64,000 nucleotides of DNA from Spirochaetia bacterium (GTDB taxonomy: Bacteria > Spirochaetota > Spirochaetia > SZUA-6 > Bin103), in NCBI GenBank assembly GCA_965199955.1, contig CBDATQ010000002.1:544001-608000 (forward strand), given 5' to 3'. The translations under genes and the position numbers were made by a program. The notes under the pieces are model-generated. The model saw only the letters and a program-made list of their open reading frames with translations. It was not told where the DNA came from and did no database searches. How positions within the stretch are numbered: the first letter of the stretch is position 1; every line of letters starts with the position of its first letter. Of the stretch, positions 49,576 through 62,961 are shown piece after piece.

Positions 49576-52058
49576 CCGGCCCGACACCCCCGGACGAGGG
49601 TCCGGCAGGCGGCCAGGCGCGGGCCGTGGAGCTGCTCGGCCTGCCGGGCGTGCTGGCGCAGGTCGCCGAGTACTGTGCGGGAGAGGAAGGACGGCGCCAG
49701 GTGCTCGCCAGCCGTGTCTTTGACGACCCGCAGTCGGTGCTGGCCGAACGGGAGCCTGCGGTGGAGCTGCGGCGCCTGCTGGAGTCTGGCTTCCGCGTGC
49801 CCGAGATGGACCTGCCGGAGATCGGCGTGTCGCTCGGCCGCCTGCGGCGCGGGGCGCAGTGGCTCGATCCGGCGGAGTTGGCGGCCGTCGGACGGCTTGC
49901 GGGCACGGCGGAGTCGATCCGCGGGTCACTCGCCGAGGTCGCCGATCCCGTCGAACGCCCCGCGCTGTACGGCCTGCACGCCGAGCTGCCGGGGCTGCGA
50001 TCGCTGGCTGCCGAGGTGCGGCGGGTGGTGGGCGCTGACGGGACGGTGCAGGACCACGCCATCCCGGAGCTGGCGCGGGTGAAGCGCGACCTGCGGCGGC
50101 TGCAGATGCAGATCGAGACGGCGGCCGGGGAGCTGATGGCCGATCCCGCCCTGCGCGGTTGCTTCAACGGCAGCGTGCCGACCCAGCGCGGCGGTCGGAC
50201 CGTGGTGCCGCTGAAAGCGACTCACCGCGCCCGCGTCCCCGGCGTCGTGCACGAGGTGTCGGCAAGCGGCGCCACGCTCTACGTCGAGCCGCTCCGCGAC
50301 GTGGAGGCCAACAACGCCGTGGTGGCGGCCCGCGACCGGTACGCGGCCGAGGTGCGCCGCGTCCTCCATGAGCTGACCGGCGCCGTGGCGCGGGAGCGGC
50401 CGTCCCTGGAGCGAGCTGCCGCGGTCACGGCGTGCTTCGACTGCGTGCAGGCACGGGCGCGCTACGCGCGGGCGCACGCGGCCGTCGCCGCACCGGTCGG
50501 GCCGCTGGCATTGCACGGAGCTCGCCATCCCGAGCTTGGCGCGGCCGCGGTGCCGCTGGACGTGAGCATGCCGCCCGAGGCGCACATCCTGGTCATCACG
50601 GGGCCCAACACGGGCGGCAAGACGGTCTGCCTGAAGACGGTGGGGCTGCTCTGCCTGATGAACCAGGCGGGCATGGAGATCCCGGCCGGTCCGGACTCGA
50701 CCCTGCCGATCTACCGCGGCATCTACGCCGACATCGGCGACGAGCAGTCGATCGCCGCCTCCCTGTCCACCTTTTCCGCGCACGTCAAGCATCTGGCCGC
50801 CATCGTCCGGGACGCCACCGCGCGTTCGCTGGTGCTGATCGACGAGCTGGGCACCGGCACCGACCCGGAGGAAGGGATTGCCCTGTCGCGGGCGCTGCTC
50901 GACCGGTTCCTGGCCGCGGGAGTGACGGCCATGGCCACGACCCATCACGGGGCGCTGAAGGTGTACGCCTATACCGAGTGCGGCGTCGCCAACGCCTCGA
51001 TGGAGTTCGACTCGCGCACGCTGCGGCCGACCTACCGGGTCATCGAGGGTATGCCGGGCGAGAGCCACGCGCTGGACATCGCCCGCCGTCACCGGATGCC
51101 GGGTGCCGTGATCGAGCGCGCCGCAAAGCTGCTGGACGCCGGGCGTACCGAGGAGGGCCGGATCATCAACGCGCTGACGCGCCGGCAGCGGGAGCAGGAG
51201 CGGGAGGAGCGCGAGCTGCGCGAGCGCACGGCCGCGCTTGCCCGGCGGGAGGCCGAGCTGGAAGCGGACCGGGCGGCGCTCACGCAGCGCGAGCGCGAGC
51301 AGCACCGGCGGGCGGCCGGCGATCTGGGCCGCTTTCTGGCCGAGGCGCGCCGCGACGTGGAGCGCGCCATCCGATCGGTGCGCGCGACCGCCCAGGCGGA
51401 GGGCGGAGGGGCGGTCGGCTCGGAGGCGGTCGGCTCGGAGGCGGGCGCCTCGGAGGCGCGCGGCGAGCGCTCACGCCTCGCGGCAGCGGCGGCTGACGCG
51501 GCTGCCCGCGCCGCACCGCGGGCGGTCGAGCAGCGCCTGCAGGCGGAACGGGATGCGCTGGCGGCGCTGGACGCCGCCGACGGTGCCGCGGCGGACGGTG
51601 CTCCGCTGGCGCCCGGCAGCAGCGTGCTCATCCGTCGTACCGGTGCCGCCGGCCGGGTGGTGCGCCGGCACCGGCCGGACCGGTATCCCGACCGCTACGT
51701 GGTGCAGACCGACACCATCCGCGGTGAGTTCCGCGCTGCCGAGCTGGTCGTGACCGATCCGCACCCTTATCGCCGTGCGAGCGCCCGCGTCGAGCTGGTG
51801 AACCGGGCGGAGCCGGTGCTGGAGCTGCACGTCCGCGGCCTGCGCGCGGAGGACGCCCTGCAGCAGGTCGAGCGCCAGCTCGACTCCGCGGTCATGCGGG
51901 GCATGGCGGAGTTCTCGGTCGTGCACGGCCACGGCCAGGGCGTGCTGCGCCACGCGATCCGTGAGTATCTGCGCGACAGCTCCGCGGTCAGCGACTATCA
52001 GGATGCCCCGGCCGACGAGGGTGGACATGGCAAGACGATCGTCCGGCTCCGTCGCTGA
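49572..52058 (+). CDS. mutS2: MutS2 family protein with Smr domain
   Basis: SASGATLYVEP, TGPNTGGKT, DIGDEQSI..SLSTFS, DELGTGTDP.EG, Smr VHGHG.GVLR. Confidence 0.95.
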   Translation: MTGPTPPDEGPAGGQARAVELLGLPGVLAQVAEYCAGEEGRRQVLASRVFDDPQSVLAEREPAVELRRLLESGFRVPEMDLPEIGVSLGRLRRGAQWLDPAELAAVGRLAGTAESIRGSLAEVADPVERPALYGLHAELPGLRSLAAEVRRVVGADGTVQDHAIPELARVKRDLRRLQMQIETAAGELMADPALRGCFNGSVPTQRGGRTVVPLKATHRARVPGVVHEVSASGATLYVEPLRDVEANNAVVAARDRYAAEVRRVLHELTGAVARERPSLERAAAVTACFDCVQARARYARAHAAVAAPVGPLALHGARHPELGAAAVPLDVSMPPEAHILVITGPNTGGKTVCLKTVGLLCLMNQAGMEIPAGPDSTLPIYRGIYADIGDEQSIAASLSTFSAHVKHLAAIVRDATARSLVLIDELGTGTDPEEGIALSRALLDRFLAAGVTAMATTHHGALKVYAYTECGVANASMEFDSRTLRPTYRVIEGMPGESHALDIARRHRMPGAVIERAAKLLDAGRTEEGRIINALTRRQREQEREERELRERTAALARREAELEADRAALTQREREQHRRAAGDLGRFLAEARRDVERAIRSVRATAQAEGGGAVGSEAVGSEAGASEARGERSRLAAAAADAAARAAPRAVEQRLQAERDALAALDAADGAAADGAPLAPGSSVLIRRTGAAGRVVRRHRPDRYPDRYVVQTDTIRGEFRAAELVVTDPHPYRRASARVELVNRAEPVLELHVRGLRAEDALQQVERQLDSAVMRGMAEFSVVHGHGQGVLRHAIREYLRDSSAVSDYQDAPADEGGHGKTIVRLRR

Positions 52059-54927
52059 CGGCACCAACGCCGACGGGACGGCCGGCACGGACGGCGCGCG
52101 CAGGGGAACCGACCGCATCGTCATCCGTGGCGCCCGCGAGCACAACCTGAAGGGGGTCGACCTGGACCTGCCGCGCAACCGGCTGATCGTCGTGTCGGGG
52201 CCAAGCGGCTCGGGCAAGTCGTCACTCGCGTTCGACACCGTGTTCGCCGAAGGGCAGCGGCGCTACGTCGAGTCCCTGTCGGCGTACGCGCGGCAGTTCC
52301 TGGGACGGCTGGACAAGCCGGACGTCGATTTCATCGACGGCCTTTCGCCGGCGATCTCGATCGAGCAACGCACGGCGCAACGCAATCCACGGTCCACGGT
52401 CGGCACCGTGACCGAGATCTACGACTACCTGCGGCTCCTGTTCGCCCGCACCGGCCGCCCGCACTGCGCGGAGTGCGGAGCGGCCATCAGCGAGCGGTCG
52501 ACCGACCAGATCGTCGACGCCATCGCTTCCCTGCCCGCAGGTTCGCGGATCATTCTCCTGGCGCCCGTGGTGCGCGGCCGCAAGGGACAGCACCGTGCCG
52601 TGTTCGAGGACGCGGTCAAGGCGGGATTCGTGCGGGTGCGCGTGGACGGCCGCATCCACTCCCTCGACGATGCACCGGAGCTGGACCGGAACACGGCGCA
52701 CACGATCGAGATCGTGGTCGACCGTCTGATCGGCCGGCCGGACCTGCACCAGCGAGTGGCCGGCTCGGTGGAAACGGCGCTTGAGGTAGGCTCCGGGCGG
52801 ATGATCGTGCTGCTCGACGGCGACGGCGACGGCGTACCGGTCGAGCAGCGATTCTCGCAGACCAGCTCGTGCGCGGATTGTGGCGCGCCGTTCCCGGAGC
52901 TCGAGCCCCGGCTGTTCTCGTTCAACAACCCGCACGGCGCCTGCCCCGACTGCTCCGGGCTGGGCGTCAGCCTCGAATTCGACCGCGACCTGATCGTTCC
53001 CGACCCCGGCAAGTCCTTCGACGAGGGCGGCATCGCCACGCACAACCCCCGTGCCAAGTGGACCCGGTCCCTGTTCCGGGCGCTCGCCCGGCACTGGGGC
53101 TTCCGGCTCGATACCCCGCTGGACGAGTTGCCGCCCGTCGTCCTCGACGCCTTGCTGTTCGGGGCCGGCGACCGCATCCAGGTCGAGCACCGAACCGCCA
53201 CCAAGGCCAGCTACCGTTACGCGACCACCTATCGGGGCGTGATTCCGGAGCTCAAGCGCCGCTACCTGCAGACCGCGTCCGATCACGTCAAACGTTGGCT
53301 GGAGGGCTTCATGCGCGAGCAGCCCTGCCATGGGTGCGGGGGCCGGCGGCTGCGCCGGGAAGCGCTGGCCGTGGAAGTGGCCGGCCACAGCATCGACCAG
53401 GTCACCGCCATGTCCGTGGAGGCAGCGATGGCGTACGTCCGCCGCGTGGCCGAGGAGAGCGGCGGCGACTGGGCCCGAGTGGCGGGGCAGATCGTCAAGG
53501 AGATCGGCGACCGCCTGGAGTTCATGGCGAGCGTCGGGCTTTCGTACCTGAGCCTGGACCGCCGTGCGTCCACGCTGTCCGGCGGGGAGGCGCAGCGCAT
53601 TCGCCTGGCCACGCAGATTGGCTCGGCGCTCGTCGGAGTGCTCTACGTGCTGGACGAGCCGACCATCGGCCTGCACCAGCGGGACAATGACCGCCTGCTG
53701 CGCACGCTGTTCCGCCTTCGCGATCGCGGCAACACCCTGCTGGTGGTGGAACACGACGAGCAGACGCTGCGCAGCGCCGACTATCTGGTCGATCTCGGCC
53801 CCGGCGCCGGCGAATACGGCGGCCGGGTGGTGGCGTGCGGGGTGCCGCGCGCGGTGCAGGAGCACGACCGGTCCGTGACCGGACGCTACCTCGCGGGGCG
53901 GGAGGCGATTTCCACGCCGTCGCAACGACGGCGGCCGACAGGCGGCCTGACCCTGCGCGGCGCAGCCGCCAACAACCTGCGCGACCTGGACGTACGGCTG
54001 CCGCTGGGAACGCTGACCGTGGTGACCGGCGTCTCCGGGTCGGGCAAGTCGACGCTGGTGTCCGACCTGCTGGGGCCCGCACTGCGGGCGGCCCTGGACG
54101 ACCGGCGGCTGCCACCGGGACTCGCTGGCGTCGAAGGCTGCGAGCACATCGACAAGGTCATCGAGATCGACCAGGCGCCGATCGGCCGTACGCCGCGGTC
54201 CAATCCGGCCACGTACGTCGGGCTCTTCACGCCGATCCGGGAACTGTTCGCCGCCCTGCCGGAAGCGCGTGCACTCGGCTACCGGCCGGGCCGGTTCTCC
54301 TTCAACGTCGCCGGCGGCCGCTGCGAGAACTGCGCCGGCGACGGCCAGATCAAGATCGAGATGCACTTTCTTCCCGACGTGTTCGTGACCTGCGACGTCT
54401 GCGGAGGGCGCCGGTACAACCGCGAGACCCTGGCGATCCGCTACAAGGGGCGGAACATCGACGAGGTGCTGCGGATGTCGGTCACCGAGGCGGCCGAGTT
54501 CTTCACGCACGTCCCGCAGGTGGCGCGCCGGCTCGGCACGCTGCAGGACGTGGGCCTGGGGTACCTGCGGCTCGGCCAGTCGGCGCTGACCCTGTCCGGG
54601 GGCGAGGCGCAGCGCGTGAAGCTGTCCCTGGAGCTCTCGCGGCGGGACACCGGCCGCACCGTGTATCTCCTCGACGAGCCGACCACCGGGCTCCACTTCG
54701 TCGACGTGCGCCAGCTCCTGTCCGTCTTGCAGCGGCTGGTCGACAAGGGCAATACCGTCGTGGTCATCGAGCATCACCTTGACGTGATCAAGCAGGCCGA
54801 CCACGTGATCGACCTCGGCCCGGAAGGAGGCAGTGACGGCGGTGGCCTGGTTGCGACGGGGACTCCGGAGGACGTGGCCGGACACGAAGCCAGCCACACC
54901 GGCCGCTACCTGCGGGAGGTGCTGTGA
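52027..54927 (+). CDS. uvrA: Excinuclease ABC subunit A
   Basis: GAREHNLK, GSGKSSLAFDT, two LSGGEAQR motifs, Zn fingers, LDEPT.GLH. Confidence 0.98.
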   Translation: MARRSSGSVADGTNADGTAGTDGARRGTDRIVIRGAREHNLKGVDLDLPRNRLIVVSGPSGSGKSSLAFDTVFAEGQRRYVESLSAYARQFLGRLDKPDVDFIDGLSPAISIEQRTAQRNPRSTVGTVTEIYDYLRLLFARTGRPHCAECGAAISERSTDQIVDAIASLPAGSRIILLAPVVRGRKGQHRAVFEDAVKAGFVRVRVDGRIHSLDDAPELDRNTAHTIEIVVDRLIGRPDLHQRVAGSVETALEVGSGRMIVLLDGDGDGVPVEQRFSQTSSCADCGAPFPELEPRLFSFNNPHGACPDCSGLGVSLEFDRDLIVPDPGKSFDEGGIATHNPRAKWTRSLFRALARHWGFRLDTPLDELPPVVLDALLFGAGDRIQVEHRTATKASYRYATTYRGVIPELKRRYLQTASDHVKRWLEGFMREQPCHGCGGRRLRREALAVEVAGHSIDQVTAMSVEAAMAYVRRVAEESGGDWARVAGQIVKEIGDRLEFMASVGLSYLSLDRRASTLSGGEAQRIRLATQIGSALVGVLYVLDEPTIGLHQRDNDRLLRTLFRLRDRGNTLLVVEHDEQTLRSADYLVDLGPGAGEYGGRVVACGVPRAVQEHDRSVTGRYLAGREAISTPSQRRRPTGGLTLRGAAANNLRDLDVRLPLGTLTVVTGVSGSGKSTLVSDLLGPALRAALDDRRLPPGLAGVEGCEHIDKVIEIDQAPIGRTPRSNPATYVGLFTPIRELFAALPEARALGYRPGRFSFNVAGGRCENCAGDGQIKIEMHFLPDVFVTCDVCGGRRYNRETLAIRYKGRNIDEVLRMSVTEAAEFFTHVPQVARRLGTLQDVGLGYLRLGQSALTLSGGEAQRVKLSLELSRRDTGRTVYLLDEPTTGLHFVDVRQLLSVLQRLVDKGNTVVVIEHHLDVIKQADHVIDLGPEGGSDGGGLVATGTPEDVAGHEASHTGRYLREVL

Positions 54928-57900
54928 ACGTTCGCCGCACGCTGGCCGTCCTGCTGGCAGTGGCTGCGGCGGCGGCGGTCGCCCAGAGCCCGCCGCCAAC
55001 CAGCGACGATCCGCTGTTCGCCGAGACCCTGCCGATCGACATCGACACGGCCCGCGCCGCGGAGCTTGCCGCGTGGCTGCGTCAGCTCGGTCTGCCGGAC
55101 GGCGGTGACCGGGCCGCCCGGCAGCAGCGGCTGCGCGAGCACTACGGGCTGCCGAGCCCGGAAGAAGCGTCCGTGGAGGAAACGGGCAGCGAGATCTCGG
55201 TGGAGTCGGCGCGCGCCGCCCGCTACCGTTCCGACGAGCTCGGCCACACGACGCTGGTGCTGGAGGGCGAGGTCGTCGTCACCGCCGTGGACCGGGACAC
55301 CGGTGCGCGTCATCGGATCCAGGCCGACCGGATCACGTACCACGACGAGCGCAACAGTCTCACCGCATCGGGTTCCGTGGAGTACACGATGACGACCGAC
55401 GACGGCTCGGAGGTGTTCCGCGGGGAGAGCCTGTCCGTCGATACCGAGCGATGGGAGGGGATCTTCTACGACGGATCGAACCAGGTCGATCAAACCGTGG
55501 CGGAGCAGGCGGCCGATCAGGACGTGACCTTCACCTATTCCGGGAAGGCGATCACGCGGCGGGCCGACGATACGGTGGTGATGGAGCAGGCGACCGTCAC
55601 CTCGTCCGACGATCCCGACGACCCCGATTACCGGATCGAAGCGGAGCGGCTGTGGATCCTGGCGCCCGAGGAGTGGGCGGTCAGCAACGGGTTCCTGCAC
55701 GTAGGCGAGGTGCCGGTGCTGTATCTGCCGTACTTTCTCCGCCCGGGAGGCAGGCTGTTGTTTCACCCGGCGGTCGGGCAGCGCAGCCGCGAGGGCCTCT
55801 ACCTGCAGACGACCACCTACCTGACCGGGCGCAAACCGGCCGATGACGTCTCGGTGTCGTTTCTGCAGCGCAACGCGGGCGAGACCGGCTACGCCGACGA
55901 GCGCCGCGGCCTGTTCCTGCTGCCGATCCGCGCGGCAGCGGATGCGGCGGACGCCGACGTGCTGGCGCTGATGGTCGACCTCTACAGCCGCCTCGGCATC
56001 TTTGGCGGGGTGCAGGGGCGATTCGGCGGGCTGTCGCTGTTCGGAGGCGTCGCCGCGTCCCGCGCGCTGGTCGCGGACGCTCGTTCGGGTGTCGGCCACA
56101 CGCCGTACCTGCGCGGAGCGGACGGCGAGCTGGTCTCGCACTGGGACACCACCACGATCCTGGGAGCCCGAGTTCCGTTGCGCTACGGGCTCGAGACGGA
56201 AGTCACGCTCCGCGGCACGCTCGGATCGGTGCAGGGCAGCTTCGAGCTGTTTTCCGATCCGGGCTTCACCGCGGACTTCCTGAGCCGGGCTCACGACCTG
56301 CCGACCGGGGGACTGCTGGGCCTGCCGCAGGGTCCGTTGATCCCCCCGCCCCCGCGCGACCGGCTGGAGTGGCGGCTCGGAGGCGACCTGTCTCTGCATC
56401 CGCTGCTCGCGACCCCGGCGTTGCGGACGCTGACGTTTCCCACGCTCTCGGCAAGCTGGCTCTGGGGCAGCCGCACCGAGCCGCCGTCGGCCGGAGTGCC
56501 ATCGGCGCTGGACCGACTGCAGGCAGCGTCGCCTACCCGCCGTTTCTACTATCCCGAGACGCTCACGCTGCCGGCGGTCGCGGCGGTCGCCTCCGGGTCG
56601 CTGTTCCGCTGGGCAGCCGATGGTGGCTTGCTCGCCGCCGAGGTCGGCTACTCGCTGCGGCCGGTCGTGTCCGTCGATCACCGCTTCGATGACGGGCCGG
56701 TCGCCACGCGCGATCAGGTCGATCTGGACATCCTCCACACGCGCGTCGATACGCGCGCCAACGGACAGATCAGCTACACCGTCTCTGCACTCGACCGCAT
56801 CGTCGGACTGAGCGGCGCGCTCGTCGAGACGGCCAGCTACCAGGTGCACGCCCGACAGGCGGACGGCATCGATCCGGAACTCGCAGAGCAGTTGACCCAG
56901 TCGGACCTGAGCCGGACCAGCGCACGGTTGCGGCTGAACAACACGCTCAGCCTGCGGCCGCTGCGGTCCGTGCCAGCGTGGTCGGGATCAAGCCTCTCGT
57001 ACGGACTGGGTCTGCTGCTGCACGATGTGCACCTGGATCCAGACACCGGCGATCCACTGGTGCGGGGCCCGGCGTGGGATCGGGAGAGGGTCCTTGCTCA
57101 CCGAGCCGGGGCAGACGCGGCGTTCGCGGTCACCGGCATCCGCGCCCGCGTGGGCGCAGGAGTCGACCTGCCGCCACGCCCGCTGGCCGCCGACGGCCGC
57201 GTGGAAGCGGATGCCGGGGCGTTCTCCATGGCGGTGCGCGGGGGCGTTGCCGAGCAGGCGGACGGAGCCGACGCCGGGCAGCTCAAGCCGACCCCGATAG
57301 ATGGACGGGGGAGCGTGCGCATCAACTCGAGCGCGTCGGTGAGCCAGTCGTTCCGGCTCGATGAGCAACAGCGCCTGGAGCGCCTCCGGACCCAGGCGAA
57401 TGCCTACGGGGTGACCGGTACGGTGACCGCGGCGGTACGTGAGCCGCTCGATCCCTTCGGCGATCCCCTTCCCGACGGCCAGCCGGGCCTGCGGGCGACG
57501 CAAGTGGCGGTCGGATACCGGCTGGACACGGGGACGATCGCGTTCTGGAAGAACCGGATACGGCTGGATGCCGGCGTGCAGACGCAGCTCGCCGTCGACC
57601 CGGAGGCGTTCGTGCGCGACAACTCGCTCTCGTTCGATCTGCGGCTGGGCGTCCGGATTCACCGGTTCCTCGACCTCTCCTTCAGGTCGAGCTCGGTCAA
57701 TCGTCACCTGTACCGGTACCTGCCCGACACGGCCGAACAGGCCGGCGACCGGTGGGTCAACCCGATCGTGGATCTGGCGCGGTCGTTCAACTTCCTGAAT
57801 TCCGAAGACCGGATCGCCTCGGCGTTCAAGCTGGAGTCGCTGCGCATCGAGGCGCTGCACCGGTTGGGCGACTGGAACCTGTCGCTGGCCTACCAGGGCA

Positions 57901-58061
57901 GGCCGGAACAGCACGTGGAGTACAACCCCGAGACCGACCGGGAAGAGCCGCGCATCGTCTGGACGCCGGCCCTCTCGGTGGAAGTCCGATGGCTGCCGGT
58001 CCCGGAGCTGTACTCGGTCTTCCGCATCGATCGCCAGGGTCTCGACATCGAGGATCGCTGA
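54924..58061 (+). CDS. LptD-like outer-membrane LPS-assembly protein
   Basis: Signal peptide, beta-jellyroll-like N-terminus (IQADRITY..LTASGSV; VG.VPVLYLPYF), beta-strand-rich C-terminus. Confidence 0.75.
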   Translation: MNVRRTLAVLLAVAAAAAVAQSPPPTSDDPLFAETLPIDIDTARAAELAAWLRQLGLPDGGDRAARQQRLREHYGLPSPEEASVEETGSEISVESARAARYRSDELGHTTLVLEGEVVVTAVDRDTGARHRIQADRITYHDERNSLTASGSVEYTMTTDDGSEVFRGESLSVDTERWEGIFYDGSNQVDQTVAEQAADQDVTFTYSGKAITRRADDTVVMEQATVTSSDDPDDPDYRIEAERLWILAPEEWAVSNGFLHVGEVPVLYLPYFLRPGGRLLFHPAVGQRSREGLYLQTTTYLTGRKPADDVSVSFLQRNAGETGYADERRGLFLLPIRAAADAADADVLALMVDLYSRLGIFGGVQGRFGGLSLFGGVAASRALVADARSGVGHTPYLRGADGELVSHWDTTTILGARVPLRYGLETEVTLRGTLGSVQGSFELFSDPGFTADFLSRAHDLPTGGLLGLPQGPLIPPPPRDRLEWRLGGDLSLHPLLATPALRTLTFPTLSASWLWGSRTEPPSAGVPSALDRLQAASPTRRFYYPETLTLPAVAAVASGSLFRWAADGGLLAAEVGYSLRPVVSVDHRFDDGPVATRDQVDLDILHTRVDTRANGQISYTVSALDRIVGLSGALVETASYQVHARQADGIDPELAEQLTQSDLSRTSARLRLNNTLSLRPLRSVPAWSGSSLSYGLGLLLHDVHLDPDTGDPLVRGPAWDRERVLAHRAGADAAFAVTGIRARVGAGVDLPPRPLAADGRVEADAGAFSMAVRGGVAEQADGADAGQLKPTPIDGRGSVRINSSASVSQSFRLDEQQRLERLRTQANAYGVTGTVTAAVREPLDPFGDPLPDGQPGLRATQVAVGYRLDTGTIAFWKNRIRLDAGVQTQLAVDPEAFVRDNSLSFDLRLGVRIHRFLDLSFRSSSVNRHLYRYLPDTAEQAGDRWVNPIVDLARSFNFLNSEDRIASAFKLESLRIEALHRLGDWNLSLAYQGRPEQHVEYNPETDREEPRIVWTPALSVEVRWLPVPELYSVFRIDRQGLDIEDR

Positions 58062-58085
58062 GACTACGATCGCGGCCGTCGCGAT

Positions 58086-59054
<969 letters not shown>

Positions 59055-59067
59055 TGCCAGCGTCCTG

Positions 59068-59628
59068 ATGATGGAAGATCCCGAGCAACCTCCGAGTACC
59101 GGCCCGCCGGCCACCCTTGGCAGCGCCCGCGACCCGCGCGCCCTGCCCGTTGAGCCCGGGCCCGTTGAGTCCGGGCGCGTGGAGCTCGGCGTGGCCGCCC
59201 AGGTGCGCGCTCCCGCCGGCGGCGACCGGGCAGCGCTGGTTCGTTTCGCCGAGGGCGCGCTGGACGCGCTCGGCCGAAGCTCGGCCGAGCTGTCGGTCCT
59301 GTTGTGCGACGACCGGTTCATGCGCGACCTGAATCTGCGCTTCCGCGGAATCGACGCGCCGACCGATGTGCTGTCCTTCGAACAGGACTTGACCGTCGGC
59401 TGCGGCTCGATACTCGGCGACGTGGTGATCTCGCTCGACACCGCCCGACGGCAGGCGCGGCGCCGCAACCTTTCCGAGGCGACCGAGATTCGCGAGTTGC
59501 TGTTGCACGGCATCCTGCACCTGCTGGGTCGGGACCACGGTGACGGCGACATCGCGGACGAGCCGATGCTGCAGGAGCAGCGTCGGCTCCTGGAGTCTCT
59601 GCCATGGGCATCCTGCGCCGTCTCATGA
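59068..59628 (+). CDS. ybeY: rRNA maturation factor YbeY
   Basis: LN..FRG.D.PTDVLSF, LGDVVIS, HGILHLLGRDH. Confidence 0.94.
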   Translation: MMEDPEQPPSTGPPATLGSARDPRALPVEPGPVESGRVELGVAAQVRAPAGGDRAALVRFAEGALDALGRSSAELSVLLCDDRFMRDLNLRFRGIDAPTDVLSFEQDLTVGCGSILGDVVISLDTARRQARRRNLSEATEIRELLLHGILHLLGRDHGDGDIADEPMLQEQRRLLESLPWASCAVS

Positions 59629-60454
59629 GCATCCTGGACCGGCTTCTCCGCAAGCCGTCGGACGAGGAGCGCAGGCTCGACGATCTCGGCCCGCACGCGC
59701 GGGAGATGATCGACGGCGTGGTGCAGCTCTCCTCGACGACCGTCAAGGACATCATGGTGCCGCGACCGGACGTGGTGTTCGTGTCCGTCGATGCCACGCC
59801 GGAGGAGCTGATGGAAACGATCACGGAGAGCGGCCACTCCCGGCTGCCGGTGTACCACAAGACCGTCGACGACGTGATCGGCGTGCTGTACGCGAAGGAC
59901 CTGCTGGGCCAGATCGTCGGCAACGGCCGGAATGACGACGGCACGGCCGTGAACGACGACAGGGTCGTGAATGCCGGCAAGGCGATGCGCAAGCCCTATT
60001 TCGTGCCGGAAAGCAAGCGCGTCGACGAGTTGCTGCACGAGTTCCAGCGTCGCAGGGTGCATCTTGCGATCGTCACGGACGAGTACGGCGGAACCTCCGG
60101 AATCGCCTGCATGGAGGACGTGCTGGAGGAGATCGTCGGTGACATACAGGACGAGTTCGACAATGAGAGCGAGGAGGTACTCAAGCTGGGGGCCGGGGTC
60201 TACCTGTGCGACGCGCGGGTGAGCCTGGACGAGCTCGAAGACCACGGCCTGGCGCTGGAGTTGCCGGTCGACGAGTTCAATACGCTCGGCGGGTTCGTCT
60301 TCGACCTGTTCGGGAAGATCCCCGTGATCTACGAAACCAAGCGGTACGGCGAGGCCGATTTCGTGATCCAGGGGATGGACGGGCGCCGCATCACGCGGGT
60401 GAAGATCGTCCTGCGCAGCGACTCGGAGGACGAATCGCAGCAGGATCGCTCCGC

Positions 60455-60458
<4 letters not shown>
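59604..60458 (+). CDS. CBS-pair/CorC-HlyC domain protein
   Basis: [41 protein letters not shown]. Confidence 0.92.
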
Positions 60459-61685
<1,227 letters not shown>

Positions 61686-61693
<8 letters not shown>

Positions 61694-62474
61694 CTCCGGC
61701 CGGTCCGCCCACGGCGAACGCGGCGTGCTGATCACCGGCAACTGGAAGATGAACCTGCTGCGCGCATCCGCGCGGGAGCTGGCGGCCGCGGTGGTGCGGG
61801 AACTCGACACCGGCGGGCGCGTCCCGGCCGGCGTGCGCGTCGCGGTGGCGCCGCCGTACACGGCGCTCGACGTGGTACGCGACGCGATACGCGGATCGGG
61901 CGTGCTGCTGGCCGCACAGGACGTGGCGGCCACCGCCGAAGGGGCTTACACCGGCGAAGTGGCGGCGGCGATGCTGGCCGACGCCGGTGTGGGGCTGGTC
62001 ATCGTCGGCCACTCGGAGCGTCGGCACGGCCTGGGCGACACCGACGACGTGGTGCTGGAGAAGGTTCGGCGCGCCTGGGAGGCGGGCCTGGAGGTCACCG
62101 TGTGCGTGGGCGAGACTTCAGACGAGCGCGACGCCGGGCGCGCGGAGGAGATCGTCGCGCGGCAGGTGCGTGCGGTCGTCTCGCAGGTGGACCTCGGCCG
62201 GGCGTCGCTGCAGGTGGCCTACGAGCCGGTCTGGGCGATCGGCACCGGCCGCACCGCCACCCCGGAGGATGCGCGCGCCATGCATGCCCACATTCGCGCG
62301 ACGGTGGCGGCGGCAGCCGGTGCGGAGGCCGCTGCAGGGCTGATCATTCAGTACGGCGGCTCGGTGAAACCGGACAACGCCGCGGCGCTGCTTGCGCAGG
62401 AGGATGTCGACGGCCTGCTGGTTGGTGGCGCGTCGTTGGAGGCGGCTTCGTTCGCGGCGGTCGTGCCCTTATAA
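61686..62474 (+). CDS. tpiA: Triosephosphate isomerase
   Basis: [34 protein letters not shown]. Confidence 0.98.
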
Positions 62475-62484
62475 TGGATGCGCA

Positions 62485-62961
62485 ATGGCGCTCGCCGGAA
62501 TAATCATACTGGTCGTTTTCATCATTACCGCGGTTCTGCTGGTCCTGATCGTTCTCATCCAGGACGACCAGGGCGGCGGCATCGGCGGCATGTTCGGCGG
62601 CGGGGAGAGTTCCTCGCCGTTCGGTTCCCGGACCGGAAACGTGCTGACGAAGTTCACGTCGATACTGGGGGCCGTGTTCCTGGTCGCCGCCTTCGCGCTG
62701 GCGTGGCTGAACCGCACGCCCGACCAGGGGGCCTTTCTGGAACGGGCGCAGCAGACACTGCAGGAGGAGGAGGGCCAGTGGTGGGTGCGGCCGGCTCAGG
62801 CTCCCGCCGTGACCGATGCTCCGCAGACCGAAGGGACCGGCGACGCTTCCGGGCAGGAGGCCGCCGCCGAGGGTGAAGGTGCGGGCGGGACCGTCGGGCA
62901 GGCGGACGCCGCCGACGCGGGCGCAGGCGGCACCGGCAGCGGGGGTGCAGCGGGCCAGTGA
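62485..62961 (+). CDS. secG: Preprotein translocase subunit SecG
   Basis: Two TMs flanking LIQ..GGG.GG.FGGG..FG..GN.LTK.T; follows tpiA; TATAAT at 62470. Confidence 0.93.
   Translation: MALAGIIILVVFIITAVLLVLIVLIQDDQGGGIGGMFGGGESSSPFGSRTGNVLTKFTSILGAVFLVAAFALAWLNRTPDQGAFLERAQQTLQEEEGQWWVRPAQAPAVTDAPQTEGTGDASGQEAAAEGEGAGGTVGQADAADAGAGGTGSGGAAGQ

Noticed and set aside
52222..54999. Long antisense and alternate-frame ORFs (52222-54999, 32737-34728, 3667-5724, 196-2631 and similar)
   Set aside because: Shadow ORFs of well-supported genes, expected from high GC and few stop codons; no motifs.
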